This document shows, piece after piece, positions 20,618 to 30,750 of a stretch of 64,000 nucleotides of DNA. Source of the DNA: Kosmotogaceae bacterium UBA1373 (GTDB lineage: Bacteria; Thermotogota; Thermotogae; Petrotogales; Kosmotogaceae); contig DBRH01000012.1 in NCBI GenBank assembly GCA_002305955.1, positions 27,870 through 91,869 of the forward strand, in the 5' to 3' direction. Under the pieces are notes generated by a model, which worked only from the letters and a program-made list of their open reading frames with translations, did not search any database and was not told the DNA's origin. Numbering within the stretch: position 1 is the first letter of the stretch; every line of letters begins with the position of its first letter. A program made the translations under genes and the position numbers.

Positions 20618-21741
20618 TCGACCACCTTGGAGTTTTTCAACTTGGCAATCTGCTGCAACAGCTTCTTTTCTCGGCTTGACGGTTTTCCTATGTTGACCCT
20701 CACCGTGACCAGCAGATCCCCGCGTTTGCTACCCGATATGTTCGGGACCCCGAGATTCTTCATTCTGAAGACGGTGCTCGGACTGGTGCCGGCCGGTATT
20801 TTAAGAGTCTCGCTACCACCCTCGGGAAGTCCGACGTCAACCGAAGTACCCAGGGCGGCCTCAACGTAATCTATTTCTTTACTCACGTAGAGATCGTTAC
20901 CGTTTCTGCGGTATTCGGAAGGCATTTCAACCCTTACGCTCACATAAAGATCGCCCGACGGACCGCCATTTTGACCGGCGTTTCCGTGCCCCCCGATTCT
21001 CAAAGTGGAGCCGTTCTCAACACCGGCGGGAATATTGACGCTTACCTGGTGTCTCTCCTTCTGAGTTCCTCTTCCCCCGCAATCGGGGCAGCGTTTGTCG
21101 GTTATCTTCCCGCTGCCGCCGCAGGTATTGCAGGCGCGTGTGTTGCTGAAGATACCGAAGAAAGATCGGTGCTCTTCCTTTATATAGCCCGTTCCGTTGC
21201 AGTTGGGACAGGTTCTGTAACTGGTGCCGCTCTCCGATCCGTTGCCGTTGCAGCTCTTACAGGTGGTGCTCCTGTCGTACTCAAGGATCACTTTCTTTCC
21301 CAGGATTACATCCTTCAGATCCACAACTACCGAAGCGTGTATATCCTCGCCCCTGATGGCGCGTGGCCCCTGAGTTCGCGAAGCTCCGCCAGATCTGTTA
21401 CTTCCGAAAAAGACGTCGAAGACGTCCTGAAAGTCTCCGAAGATATCGTCGAAGTGACCTCCTTCGGCGCCTGGGGTTCTGCCTGAGCCACGGCTGTAGG
21501 CCGAAGGATCTCCTACGTAACCAAAACGATCGAACATGGCTCGTTTCTCTTGATCGGAAAGAACTTCATAGGCTTCCTGTATCTCCTTGAATTTTGCCTC
21601 GGCCGATTTTCTATCTTCACCCTTGTAAGCATCGGGGTGCCATTCCTTCACCAGCTTTCTGTAAGCCTTTCTTATATCCTCCGGCGTTGCCGTTCTGGGA
21701 ACCCCGAGAATCTCGTAATAGTCCTTCCTCGATGGAGCCAT
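20614..21741 (-). CDS. dnaJ: molecular chaperone DnaJ
   Basis: J domain DYYEILGV...HPD, a G/F-rich linker, and four CxxCxGxG zinc-finger repeats. The ATG at 21741 has an AGGTGA RBS 5 nt upstream. The tracked GTG at 21750 lies inside that RBS. Confidence 0.95.
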   Translation of the reverse strand: MAPSRKDYYEILGVPRTATPEDIRKAYRKLVKEWHPDAYKGEDRKSAEAKFKEIQEAYEVLSDQEKRAMFDRFGYVGDPSAYSRGSGRTPGAEGGHFDDIFGDFQDVFDVFFGSNRSGGASRTQGPRAIRGEDIHASVVVDLKDVILGKKVILEYDRSTTCKSCNGNGSESGTSYRTCPNCNGTGYIKEEHRSFFGIFSNTRACNTCGGSGKITDKRCPDCGGRGTQKERHQVSVNIPAGVENGSTLRIGGHGNAGQNGGPSGDLYVSVRVEMPSEYRRNGNDLYVSKEIDYVEAALGTSVDVGLPEGGSETLKIPAGTSPSTVFRMKNLGVPNISGSKRGDLLVTVRVNIGKPSSREKKLLQQIAKLKNSKVVE

Positions 21742-21763
21742 GAAAATCACCTGCCACAGGTTC

Positions 21764-22327
21764 TCATTCGTCCGCTGGAGAGCTGTTTAGAGCTACCACT
21801 ACCCTTGCCGGTCTGAGAACCTTCCCGTTGAAATTGTAACCGATCGCATTCACCTTATACACTGCCATGTCCGGTACTTCGTTCGTCGATACGGTCTCGT
21901 CCACTTCGTTGGCGAAAGGATCGAAAGGCATTCCGATCTCAGGCTCAATAAAGGAGACCCCCTCGTCCGACATCAGTTTTTCCATCGACTTCGATATCAA
22001 TTCTATACCCAGAAAAAGACCGTCGTCTCGATTTTGACTGTTGGCCAGCGCCCTATTCAGATCCATGTAGATATCTATTATCCTCAGAACCGTTCTCTCT
22101 TTGCTTCTTCTGACCTGTTCTTCCGCTTCCCTGCGTATCGCCGTTTTGAAGTTCTGGAACTCGGCTCTCAACCTTGCGTTTTCTTCTATCAGGTCCTTGA
22201 CCGATGCCTTCAATTCATCTATCTCAACTTTTGAAGCACTTTCCGTTTCAAATGAGTTTTCCTGCACTCCGAAAGGAGTCTCGTTTTGATCCATGTTGTT
22301 GATGGCTTCTTCGCGCTTTTCGTCCAT
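21764..22327 (-). CDS. grpE: nucleotide exchange factor GrpE
   Basis: 187 aa. Coiled-coil N-terminal part and a C-terminal beta domain (PFDPFANEV..., VLRPARVVV). Confidence 0.9.
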   Translation of the reverse strand: MDEKREEAINNMDQNETPFGVQENSFETESASKVEIDELKASVKDLIEENARLRAEFQNFKTAIRREAEEQVRRSKERTVLRIIDIYMDLNRALANSQNRDDGLFLGIELISKSMEKLMSDEGVSFIEPEIGMPFDPFANEVDETVSTNEVPDMAVYKVNAIGYNFNGKVLRPARVVVALNSSPADE

Positions 22328-22345
22328 AAAGTTTCCTCCTGTCTG

Positions 22346-23389
22346 CTATCTGTTCGAAAAAACCTCCGAAAGTCTGTTTATAGAGAATTCGAGATAGCCC
22401 GTTATCTTCTCGTAATACGACAGCTTCGGAGTCACTATATAAACCGTACCTATCTTCTCATCGTTTCTGGTGTAAGGAGAAGCGAATATAGAGTAGTTCT
22501 TCATCTCCTCCCTGCCAATCTCCTGGCCTATGAAAGCCTTTGGAGAATCTACCTCTCCCAGTTCCTTTAGGAGTCCCTCAAGGTTTTTGGGATTCTCTAT
22601 CGCCCTTACAAGATCTGTGACATCTTGAGAGTCAAGATACTCACTGACTATGACGAACTCTAGTCCATACCTAAAATACTTCTCTTCGTTTTCCTTGTCG
22701 AATATACTTTGCAGGAAGTGAAGTATCTCCTGTACTCTCCTGTCGTACCATTGATCCTCTTTTATTTCGACGTTCCTGATGCCCTTTCGTATCTCGCCTA
22801 TGGTCTTTCCGACCACCGCCATGTTGATTTGTCTTTGGAAAGTATCGACGTCAAATTCGCTAAAGCCCGTAAAAACAGTGGTGTTCAAACTCACGCCCAG
22901 ATCGGTGATCACCGAAACGTTCAGGTAACTCTCGGCTATTCTGGATATCGAAATCGACCTCACGACCAGTCTATCTAGTTTCGGCTTCTCGATTATCACG
23001 AAGGCCGAGGCTGCGTGAGCGAGAATCCTGGTCATGCCCTGTAGTAGTCTTTCGGTATCGCCCATGAAGCTGGCCTGGCGGATGGCTATGGCCACGTTGC
23101 TCTCCTGCAAGTCCCTGGAGATGCTCTTTATTGAATCGAGATAAAATCTCAATCCCTTGTCCGTCAGAACCCTACCGGCCGATGTGTGCGGCTGGTTGAT
23201 ATACCCCAGAAACTCGAGCTTTCTCATATCGTTCCTTACCGTCGCCGAGCTGAAATTGAGGTTTGAATGCTCGAGAACCTGTTTCGAACTCACGGGCTTG
23301 CCGGTGGATATGTACTCTCTCGATATACAGTAAAGAACTCTTACCTGTCTGGAGTTTAGATCCGGACCAATCATTCGCCTTCTAGACAT
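22346..23389 (-). CDS. hrcA: heat-inducible transcription repressor HrcA
   Basis: 347 aa. N-terminal winged-helix region (RQVRVLYCISREYISTGKPVSSK, SSATVRNDM). A CIRCE operator lies directly upstream. Confidence 0.9.
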   Translation of the reverse strand: MSRRRMIGPDLNSRQVRVLYCISREYISTGKPVSSKQVLEHSNLNFSSATVRNDMRKLEFLGYINQPHTSAGRVLTDKGLRFYLDSIKSISRDLQESNVAIAIRQASFMGDTERLLQGMTRILAHAASAFVIIEKPKLDRLVVRSISISRIAESYLNVSVITDLGVSLNTTVFTGFSEFDVDTFQRQINMAVVGKTIGEIRKGIRNVEIKEDQWYDRRVQEILHFLQSIFDKENEEKYFRYGLEFVIVSEYLDSQDVTDLVRAIENPKNLEGLLKELGEVDSPKAFIGQEIGREEMKNYSIFASPYTRNDEKIGTVYIVTPKLSYYEKITGYLEFSINRLSEVFSNR

Positions 23390-23416
23390 TTAGCACTCCT
23401 TCCAAAAGACTGCTAA
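23390..23416. promoter_or_regulatory. CIRCE operator (HrcA binding site) of the hrcA operon
   Basis: TTAGCACTC-N9-GACTGCTAA, one mismatch to TTAGCACTC-N9-GAGTGCTAA. It abuts the hrcA start codon and contains its RBS (AAGGAG on the minus strand). Confidence 0.85.
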
Positions 23417-23419
23417 TTA

Positions 23420-23448
23420 ATGTTAGCATACGCCGCCTCAGTTGTCAA
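23420..23448 (-). promoter_or_regulatory. sigma70-type promoter of hrcA
   Basis: Minus strand: TTGACA, 17 nt, TAACAT, followed 3 nt later by CIRCE. Confidence 0.6.
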
Positions 23449-23470
23449 GTTCAGGGAGCGATGATACAAT
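23442..23470 (+). promoter_or_regulatory. sigma70-type promoter of the mur cluster
   Basis: Plus strand: TTGTCA, 17 nt, TACAAT, 26 nt upstream of the murE ATG. Its -35 overlaps the hrcA -35 on the opposite strand. Confidence 0.5.
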
Positions 23471-23496
23471 CTTCTAGAGCGAAAGGGGTGTGATTC

Positions 23497-24993
23497 ATGA
23501 GATTGTCTCAGATCATAGAACTCCTCGGCAACAACGTCCTTCAGGTAGTGAACCCCGGTAATGTTGACCCCGAATTTGAGCATGTGGAGAGCGATTCAAG
23601 AATTCTCAAAGAGAATGTTCTCTTCATATGCATAAAGGGTCAGGCTTTCGACTCGCACCTGATTGCCAAAGAGCTGCAAAAAAAGGGTGCGGTTGCGCTG
23701 ATAGCCGAGACTGTCATTGAAGATGAAGAGTTATTCATTCCCATCGTTTACGTGAAAAGTACCCGTCTCGTAGAGGCTTTGTTGACCATGGAGGAGTACA
23801 ACCACCCCTATCGTAAACTAACGACTATAGGAGTCACCGGTACAAACGGAAAGACGACGATAACCACTCTCATATATCATGTGCTCTCTATTTTTGAGAG
23901 GAAAGCCTCCCTCATCGGGACTGTGAGAAACGTGGTCGGCGAAAACGTATATACGAACCCCAAGAACACCACGCCTGGTCCTTTCGAGCTGGCCAGACTC
24001 CTTCAACTTTCGAACAAATTGAAGTCCGAATACTTCGTCATGGAAGTCTCTTCACATTCGCTTTCCATGAACAGAGTCGAGGGCATGAGGTTCGATGTTG
24101 GTATCATAACCAACGTTACGCGGGACCACCTGGATTTTCACTTCTCCTTTGAAGATTACTACAGGGCTAAGATGCACCTGTTTTCGCTTTTGAAATCCAA
24201 CGGTATAGCCGTAGTGAACGGAGACAAAATAAACATCGCAGACATTCACATATCCAGAAGCCGCATCATAACGTACGGTTTCGGAGACGAGTCGGATTAC
24301 AGGATCGAAGATCTCGATGTTTCCCGCACCGGAATGGATTTTACCATTCACACTCCTTTCGGTTCCTCTCAGAGGGTTTACACCCGCCTGATAGGGGAGC
24401 ACAACGCGTACAACGTGGCGGCCGCCATCGCCGCGCTCAATTCGTTGAATTACGATATGGATCATATAATAAAGGCTATTTCTTCTTTTGGTGGAGTGCC
24501 CGGGAGGTTCGAATTCGTCGAAGAGGCCACCAAGTACGGTTTCGATGTCGTTATAGACTTCGCCCACACGCCAGATGCTCTGGAAAAACTTCTGCGCACC
24601 GCCAGAAGGCTCAGCCCTGGGAGGTTGATCCTCGTCTTTGGAGCAGGTGGATCGGCAGACAAAGGAAAGAGACCTTTGATGTCGGAAGTTTCTTCGCGGT
24701 TCAGCGATGTGGTGATTCTGACCTCCGACGATCCGAAAAACGACGATCCTCTGGAGATACTTCAAGATCTGGAGAGCGGCATCGACAAATTCAAGCCTTA
24801 TCTCGTGATCCCGGATAGGAAAGAGGCCATTTCCGTCGCCCTTACGCTGGCCAACAGGCAGGATATGGTTTTGATAGCCGGCAGGGGGCACGAAGACTTC
24901 CAGATTCTCAAGGACAGGAAAGTGCCTTTCAACGATAAGCAAGTCGTTAAAGATATTTTAGAAACTAAATTCCGGAGGCACATCAAGAAGTGA
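23497..24993 (+). CDS. murE: UDP-N-acetylmuramoyl-L-alanyl-D-glutamate:diamino-acid ligase
   Basis: 498 aa. GVTGTNGKTT P-loop and Mur ligase middle and C-terminal domains. The specificity motif reads DDPK rather than DNPR. Confidence 0.9.
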   Translation: MRLSQIIELLGNNVLQVVNPGNVDPEFEHVESDSRILKENVLFICIKGQAFDSHLIAKELQKKGAVALIAETVIEDEELFIPIVYVKSTRLVEALLTMEEYNHPYRKLTTIGVTGTNGKTTITTLIYHVLSIFERKASLIGTVRNVVGENVYTNPKNTTPGPFELARLLQLSNKLKSEYFVMEVSSHSLSMNRVEGMRFDVGIITNVTRDHLDFHFSFEDYYRAKMHLFSLLKSNGIAVVNGDKINIADIHISRSRIITYGFGDESDYRIEDLDVSRTGMDFTIHTPFGSSQRVYTRLIGEHNAYNVAAAIAALNSLNYDMDHIIKAISSFGGVPGRFEFVEEATKYGFDVVIDFAHTPDALEKLLRTARRLSPGRLILVFGAGGSADKGKRPLMSEVSSRFSDVVILTSDDPKNDDPLEILQDLESGIDKFKPYLVIPDRKEAISVALTLANRQDMVLIAGRGHEDFQILKDRKVPFNDKQVVKDILETKFRRHIKK

Positions 24994-26315
24994 ATTCTAA
25001 TGAAGCGGTCGAAGAGTTTCTGAAGCTCACGGAAAATCGTAAAATCTCCGTCGATTCCAGAGAAATAAAGGAAGGTGACGTTTTTCTGGCCCTTAAGGGA
25101 GAGAAGATCGACGGCAACGATTTCGTGCTCGATGCCCTAAACAGGGGGGCGGCTTCCGCTTTCACTTCACGAAAATTCAACGATAAACGTGCCATATACT
25201 GTCAAGATATAAAGGATCTACTGATGAGGGCCAGCAGGCTGCTACTGGCCGGAGCGCATTTCGAAAAGCTGATCTCGATAACGGGCTCGAATGGCAAAAC
25301 AACGACCAAAGAGATAGTGGCCTTTCTCCTCTCGAAGATCGGCAGGACTTTCAAAACCGAGGGCAATCTGAACACCGAAATCGGGCTGCCGTTATCTCTT
25401 ATAAACGGCAGGAGAGAATTTCTTTTTGCCAGATTCGGTGTCTTTGAGCTTGGCACCAACAACAAGGGCGATCTGGAAAAGCTGGTATCGCTTCTGGAGC
25501 CTCAGGTCTGCGTTCTTCTCAATGTCGGCAGCGCCCATCTGGGCAATTTTGGGAGTCCGGAAGACCTTCTCAAGGAAAAGCTGTCCATTTTCAATTCTAG
25601 ACGCATGACCACCGCGATAACGAACGGTGACGATACGAGAATCAGGGAGTTCGTTCGAAACCTCAAATGCGAGAAGTACTTTTTTGGAACCGGCAGGTAC
25701 GATTTTACTCTCGTTGATTTTTCGTACGACGACCGGAGCACTAAGGTGCATTTCGTGAGCGACGGGGACAAGTTCGTAAGGTTGAACGGTTTGTGGAGCG
25801 CCGGACAGATAATGGATTTCGGTGCGGCATACCTCGTCGCGAAAGGCTGTGGCCTTGAGGAACCGGCCATAGATATCGCCGGTTTAAGCCTCTCCTTCAA
25901 CGACCGTTTCAAAGTCGAAAAAATCCACGGAATGACTCTGATAAGCGATTTCTACAACAGTAGTCTCGAGTCGTGGAGGTCGGCCGTCGATTCTATAAAG
26001 AAAATCGAGTCGAAAAGGAAGATAGCCGTTGTGGGCTCGATACTTGAACAGGGTACTCACAGCGGCGATACACACATGGAACTGGGAAAGATACTCGGAG
26101 CGTTCGACGAAGTCCTCTTCTTCAACACGGACCGTGATATCGAGATGGCTTGCGGAACGGTGAAGCCGGTTCTCATCAGCGATGATGTGAGAGAGCTGGC
26201 TTGGTGGTTGAAGGAGAACGCGAAGAAAGGCGATCTGATTTTCTTCAAGGCCTCGCGCAGCGTTTTTCTGGAGAGAGTCTTCGGAAAGTTCATGGAGTTG
26301 ATTAAAGATGGTTGA
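24990..26315 (+). CDS. murF: UDP-N-acetylmuramoyl-tripeptide:D-Ala-D-Ala ligase
   Basis: 441 aa. ITGSNGKTTTKE P-loop. GTG start overlapping the murE stop. Confidence 0.9.
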   Translation: MNSNEAVEEFLKLTENRKISVDSREIKEGDVFLALKGEKIDGNDFVLDALNRGAASAFTSRKFNDKRAIYCQDIKDLLMRASRLLLAGAHFEKLISITGSNGKTTTKEIVAFLLSKIGRTFKTEGNLNTEIGLPLSLINGRREFLFARFGVFELGTNNKGDLEKLVSLLEPQVCVLLNVGSAHLGNFGSPEDLLKEKLSIFNSRRMTTAITNGDDTRIREFVRNLKCEKYFFGTGRYDFTLVDFSYDDRSTKVHFVSDGDKFVRLNGLWSAGQIMDFGAAYLVAKGCGLEEPAIDIAGLSLSFNDRFKVEKIHGMTLISDFYNSSLESWRSAVDSIKKIESKRKIAVVGSILEQGTHSGDTHMELGKILGAFDEVLFFNTDRDIEMACGTVKPVLISDDVRELAWWLKENAKKGDLIFFKASRSVFLERVFGKFMELIKDG

Positions 26316-27234
26316 TCAGGTTCTCTCGTTTTTAATTCCGCTGGTTGCAACGGCAATCCTTCTGGAACCCTTCAAGCGGTTCCAGAGGAAACACAAGATA
26401 GGCCAGTACATACGGCAGGAGGGACCGGATCTCCACAATTACAAAACCGGTACTCCGACGGCCTCCGGCGTCATCTTCATACCGATCTCGCTGATCGTCA
26501 TGATCCTTTTTTCCCGGCAACCGGAAACGCTCATCGTCGTGTCGGCCGGTATCCTCTTCGGCGCAGTCGGTTTGATCGACGATATTTCGAAGATAGCCAA
26601 GAAGAATGCTGCCGGTTTGAGTGGCAAGAGGAAGTTGCTCCTGCAGTTCGTATTTGCTTCTATCGTGGTACTTATGATTCAGCTTTACAATCCCCATACA
26701 TCTATGAAGATCCCCTTCGGTGGCGAGATAGAATTCGGTTTTCTGTATTACATAATCTCCGCAATAGTTCTTGCTGGCATGAGCAATGCAGTCAATCTTT
26801 CCGACGGGATAGATGGGCTCGCGGGTTCTATGTTCATCTTCTCGCTAATACCTCTCTTTGCCCTTCCATTGTGGCAGAATGGAATAATCGCCCCGATCTG
26901 CGGGGCTCTGGCCGGTTTCTTGTGGCACAACTGGTTTCCGGCATCAGTTTTCATGGGAGATACGGGCGCGCTCGGTTTGGGGGGTATGCTGGCCACGGTT
27001 TTCGCGATCGAAGGTAGAGAGATCTTCCTGATTTTTTTCGGCGTCATGTTCATAATTGAAATGTTCAGTGTGATACTTCAGGTGGGATCCTTCAAGCTCT
27101 TTGGGAGAAGGATATTCAGGATGTCGCCCATTCATCACCACTTTGAACTCAAAGGCTGGAAGGAAACAAAGATCACTTTCAGATTTTCGTTGCTTGCATT
27201 GACCGCGGCCGTCGTTGGTCTGCTGGCCTGGTAG
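26308..27234 (+). CDS. mraY: phospho-N-acetylmuramoyl-pentapeptide transferase
   Basis: 308 aa, about 10 TM. NAVNLSDGIDGLA and MGDTGALGLGG motifs. Confidence 0.95.
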   Translation: MVDQVLSFLIPLVATAILLEPFKRFQRKHKIGQYIRQEGPDLHNYKTGTPTASGVIFIPISLIVMILFSRQPETLIVVSAGILFGAVGLIDDISKIAKKNAAGLSGKRKLLLQFVFASIVVLMIQLYNPHTSMKIPFGGEIEFGFLYYIISAIVLAGMSNAVNLSDGIDGLAGSMFIFSLIPLFALPLWQNGIIAPICGALAGFLWHNWFPASVFMGDTGALGLGGMLATVFAIEGREIFLIFFGVMFIIEMFSVILQVGSFKLFGRRIFRMSPIHHHFELKGWKETKITFRFSLLALTAAVVGLLAW

Positions 27235-28578
27235 GTGGAGGACGTGTTGAAAAGCAAAATGGGTTTTGTGGGGTTTGGAATATCCAACTATAGATTGCTC
27301 AGGGTGCTCGGCAAGGAGTATCCATCTTCTTCTTTCTTCGTATCGGATATGGGATCGATCGAGGGAGAACCCATGGAATTCCTGAAAAAAAACGATATAG
27401 AGTTTGAAGATAACGGTCATACGGAAAGACTTATGGAATGCGACAGCTTCGTGGTATCACCGGGAGTTTCGCCGTTCTCGAAAGTCGGGAGGGCCATTCT
27501 CGAGAGTGAAAAGCTCTTCACTACCGAACTGGAAGTATCCCTGGATATCCTGAAATCGAAACCTCACGGGGTGATAATCGGAATCACAGGAACTAACGGA
27601 AAATCCACCACGGTCACCATGCTCAGCCATGTGCTCGCGGCCAGGGGAAAGACGGTCTTTCAGGGCGGAAATCTGGGCGATCCGCTGGCAGGAATACTGG
27701 GAGAGACCCTTGAGTACTACGTTCTAGAAGTCAGTTCATTCCAGCTGAAGTGGTTCAGCAGAAGCGATCCCCGGTTCCATTTGTCGGCCGTCATCAACAT
27801 CGGCGAGGACCATATAGACTACCATACAACGTACGAAGACTACCGACAGTCAAAACTCCGGCTGGTCGATATGACGGAGGGCTTTTCCCTGCTTCCCGTG
27901 TGCGAGAAGGACTTTTTTAATGGCAAGCCTCAACAGGGTAAGATACTCCCCTTTTCGATGCACGGCAAGACCGATTACTGTTACGATATGGGTAAGTTGA
28001 GAGTAGACGGGGAGTCTTTCGATAGCGGGGAGCTGCCTTATGAGGGAATTCACAATTTTGAAGACACTCTGGTGGTCATGGCTCTTGCAAATCTTCTGGG
28101 TATGCCTATGAGAGGAGTCTTCGAAGATCTCAAAAAGTACGAGTTCCTCTCTCACAGGCTTCAGCTGGTTGGAGAGATAGATGGTGTAAAATATTACGAT
28201 GATTCTAAGGCAACCAACGCACACGCCGTAGTGGCGGCGCTGAAGAACTTCAACCCCGAGAAGACCGTTCTTGTGCTTGGTGGGAAGGAAAAGGATGAGA
28301 CCTACATCGAGCTGCTCCAGGTCTTAAAAGGGTTGAAAGGTATTATCGTACTCGGCAACTCGATGAAATCTCTGATCCAGAAGATGAGAACGTCGGGAAT
28401 AAACTTCCAGCTGGCAGGTTCCATGGAAGAAGCCGTGGAGACAGGTAGACGGAATTCGTGCAGCGGCGACAGTGTCGTTCTCAGCCCGGCCGGTTCCAGC
28501 TACGATCTTTACAGGAATTATAAAGAGAGGGGAGACCATTTCAAGAGCATAGTCAACTCGCTTGCAGTGGGGAAGTAA
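27235..28578 (+). CDS. murD: UDP-N-acetylmuramoylalanine:D-glutamate ligase
   Basis: 447 aa. GITGTNGKSTT P-loop and DDSKATN motif. Start uncertain (GTG 27235, or ATG 27259 giving MGFVGFGISN). Confidence 0.9.
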   Translation: MEDVLKSKMGFVGFGISNYRLLRVLGKEYPSSSFFVSDMGSIEGEPMEFLKKNDIEFEDNGHTERLMECDSFVVSPGVSPFSKVGRAILESEKLFTTELEVSLDILKSKPHGVIIGITGTNGKSTTVTMLSHVLAARGKTVFQGGNLGDPLAGILGETLEYYVLEVSSFQLKWFSRSDPRFHLSAVINIGEDHIDYHTTYEDYRQSKLRLVDMTEGFSLLPVCEKDFFNGKPQQGKILPFSMHGKTDYCYDMGKLRVDGESFDSGELPYEGIHNFEDTLVVMALANLLGMPMRGVFEDLKKYEFLSHRLQLVGEIDGVKYYDDSKATNAHAVVAALKNFNPEKTVLVLGGKEKDETYIELLQVLKGLKGIIVLGNSMKSLIQKMRTSGINFQLAGSMEEAVETGRRNSCSGDSVVLSPAGSSYDLYRNYKERGDHFKSIVNSLAVGK

Positions 28579-29693
28579 TGAAGAAGACTTATTTGATGCT
28601 CGCTCTTTTTACAAGTATCTTCCTGATTTTCGGATTCGTTTTTATCTACAGTGCCGGAATCAGCATGGAGGCAAGGCACCCCGACGTCAGCGCTTCGGAA
28701 TTCCTGGAGAAGCAGCTGATAGCTTTCGCGATAGGTCTGGCCGGCGCGCTCGTTATGATCTATCTGAAGGGCTCCTGGCATTTCAGGAAGGCCTTCACGA
28801 TTTACTATCCCCTCACGCTTATTCTCCTGGTGGCAGTACTCTTTTTTGCCGACAGAGGCGGATCTCACAGGTGGCTGGATATCGGCAGTCTTTCCCTCCA
28901 GATCTCCGAGTTCGCCAAAATATCTCTGCTTATGGTTCTGGCCAGTTATCTGGGCAATATAAAAAAGAGGTCGTTCCTCAACACTTTTCTGATTCCTATC
29001 GGTCTCGTCTTGCCGATAGCCTTTCTTGTTTTCATTGAGCCCGATCTATCGACGACCGGTATTCTCGTCGCCATAACCTTCGTGATGATGATCGTCGGAG
29101 GTATAAAGCTGCGTTATATACTGCTTGCAATAGTACTGGGCGTACTGATCATACTCATCCTTTACAGCGGCGGATTTATAAAGCCCTACCAGCTGGAGCG
29201 AATTACTTTGTTCCTCACATCTATAACCGGAGAGGAACACGAACAGGTTTCATATTCGATCATGGCAATTTCTTCGGGCGGGCTGCTTGGTAAAGGTCTT
29301 GGTATGGGGCTTGTGAAATACTACCTTCCTGTGAGTTACTCGGATTTCATCTTCGCAGTGATCGGTGAAGAACTGGGACTCATAGGGATCTTGGTACTCA
29401 TGCTGGCCTACGTGGGTTTTATCAGGGAGTTGATACTCGCGGGACTCAAGGGGCCGTCGAAACTTGAAGGCAAGCTGTACATAATAGGTTTTGCGCTGTA
29501 TATAATGATTCAGGCCACTATAAACATCGCGGTCAATCTGGGCCTCTTTCCCCCGACGGGGGTCACCCTTCCCTTCGTCAGCTCTGGAGGCTCTTCGATA
29601 ATGTCGCTGATGATCGGTTACGGCCTGGTATTCGCGATTCTTATAGAGAAAGAAGAAGAAAACAAGGCGAGCGAAACACATGAGAAGACTTAA
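28578..29693 (+). CDS. ftsW: SEDS-family peptidoglycan glycosyltransferase FtsW
   Basis: 371 aa polytopic protein with SDFIFAVIGEELG and PFVSSGGSS motifs. Lies inside the mur cluster. Confidence 0.9.
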   Translation: MKKTYLMLALFTSIFLIFGFVFIYSAGISMEARHPDVSASEFLEKQLIAFAIGLAGALVMIYLKGSWHFRKAFTIYYPLTLILLVAVLFFADRGGSHRWLDIGSLSLQISEFAKISLLMVLASYLGNIKKRSFLNTFLIPIGLVLPIAFLVFIEPDLSTTGILVAITFVMMIVGGIKLRYILLAIVLGVLIILILYSGGFIKPYQLERITLFLTSITGEEHEQVSYSIMAISSGGLLGKGLGMGLVKYYLPVSYSDFIFAVIGEELGLIGILVLMLAYVGFIRELILAGLKGPSKLEGKLYIIGFALYIMIQATINIAVNLGLFPPTGVTLPFVSSGGSSIMSLMIGYGLVFAILIEKEEENKASETHEKT

Positions 29694-30750
29694 GATAGCC
29701 TTTTGTGGCGGTGGCACCGGCGGGCATTATTATCCGGCCGTCGCTCTTCTTCAGGAGATAACCAGGCGCACCGACTTCGATTTACTGTACTTCACGGTAA
29801 AGGGAAAGATAGACGACAGGAGTGTGGAAAGAGACTTTCCGGGGGTTTCACGGATACCGCTGGAACTCACGGGACTTTTGAGGCCGCTTTACAGACCGGG
29901 AAACATCCCGATACTCTTCTCTCATATGATGGCCAAAAAACAAGTTATTAGAAGTCTGAGAGATTTTAGACCCGATTTCCTCTTTTCGACTGGCGGTTAC
30001 GTTTCCTTCCCTGTTATAAAAGCGGCTCACGAACTGGAAATTCCGGTATTCATACATGAACAGAATTCGATCGCCGGCATAACCAACAAAAAGATGGCCA
30101 GATACGCTGAATACTTTTTTATCTCTTTCGAAGAGACCGCCGGTGAAGTGAAGCTACCGGCAGCACGCGTTGTACTTTCGGGAAATCCGGTCAGAGAAAG
30201 CACCAAATCGAGAGAGGAGGTACTGGAGGGATTCGGTTTTTCCTGCGAATTTCCCTTCGTCGTCGTCCTCGGGGGCAGTCTCGGATCTTCGGTTATAAAC
30301 GACGCCTGCGAAAAGTTGTATGTCCTGCTTGAAGAGTCAAATACGCGTATGAACTTTCTGCATTCGACGGGAGATGAAGAAAAAGCGAAGGATTTGCTGC
30401 GTTTTTCTTTCGTGAGGTCTTTTGCCTATATAGAGAATCTTTCCGATGCGATAGCTGTTTCGGATCTCGTAATTTCCAGGGCCGGTGCGACCACTATCGC
30501 CGAGCTACAGTATCACGGTAGAAAGGGTATAATAATACCGTGGCCTGGAGCGGCAGAAAATCACCAATTGTACAACGCGATTTCACTGGAGAGACTTGGT
30601 CTCGGTTATGTTATACTCGAAAGTGACCTAACCCCAGAAAAAATTTTCTATGCAACACAAGAGATGTTGAACAGAAATATCGGTTATATGCCTCCAAGAA
30701 GACCTGTTGATATTATTTTGGATTATATACTCCGGGAGGAATCGATTTGA
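29680..30750 (+). CDS. murG: undecaprenyl-PP-MurNAc-pentapeptide GlcNAc transferase
   Basis: 356 aa. G-loop GGGTGGHYYPA and C-terminal RAGATTIAEL. Confidence 0.9.
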   Translation: MRRLKIAFCGGGTGGHYYPAVALLQEITRRTDFDLLYFTVKGKIDDRSVERDFPGVSRIPLELTGLLRPLYRPGNIPILFSHMMAKKQVIRSLRDFRPDFLFSTGGYVSFPVIKAAHELEIPVFIHEQNSIAGITNKKMARYAEYFFISFEETAGEVKLPAARVVLSGNPVRESTKSREEVLEGFGFSCEFPFVVVLGGSLGSSVINDACEKLYVLLEESNTRMNFLHSTGDEEKAKDLLRFSFVRSFAYIENLSDAIAVSDLVISRAGATTIAELQYHGRKGIIIPWPGAAENHQLYNAISLERLGLGYVILESDLTPEKIFYATQEMLNRNIGYMPPRRPVDIILDYILREESI

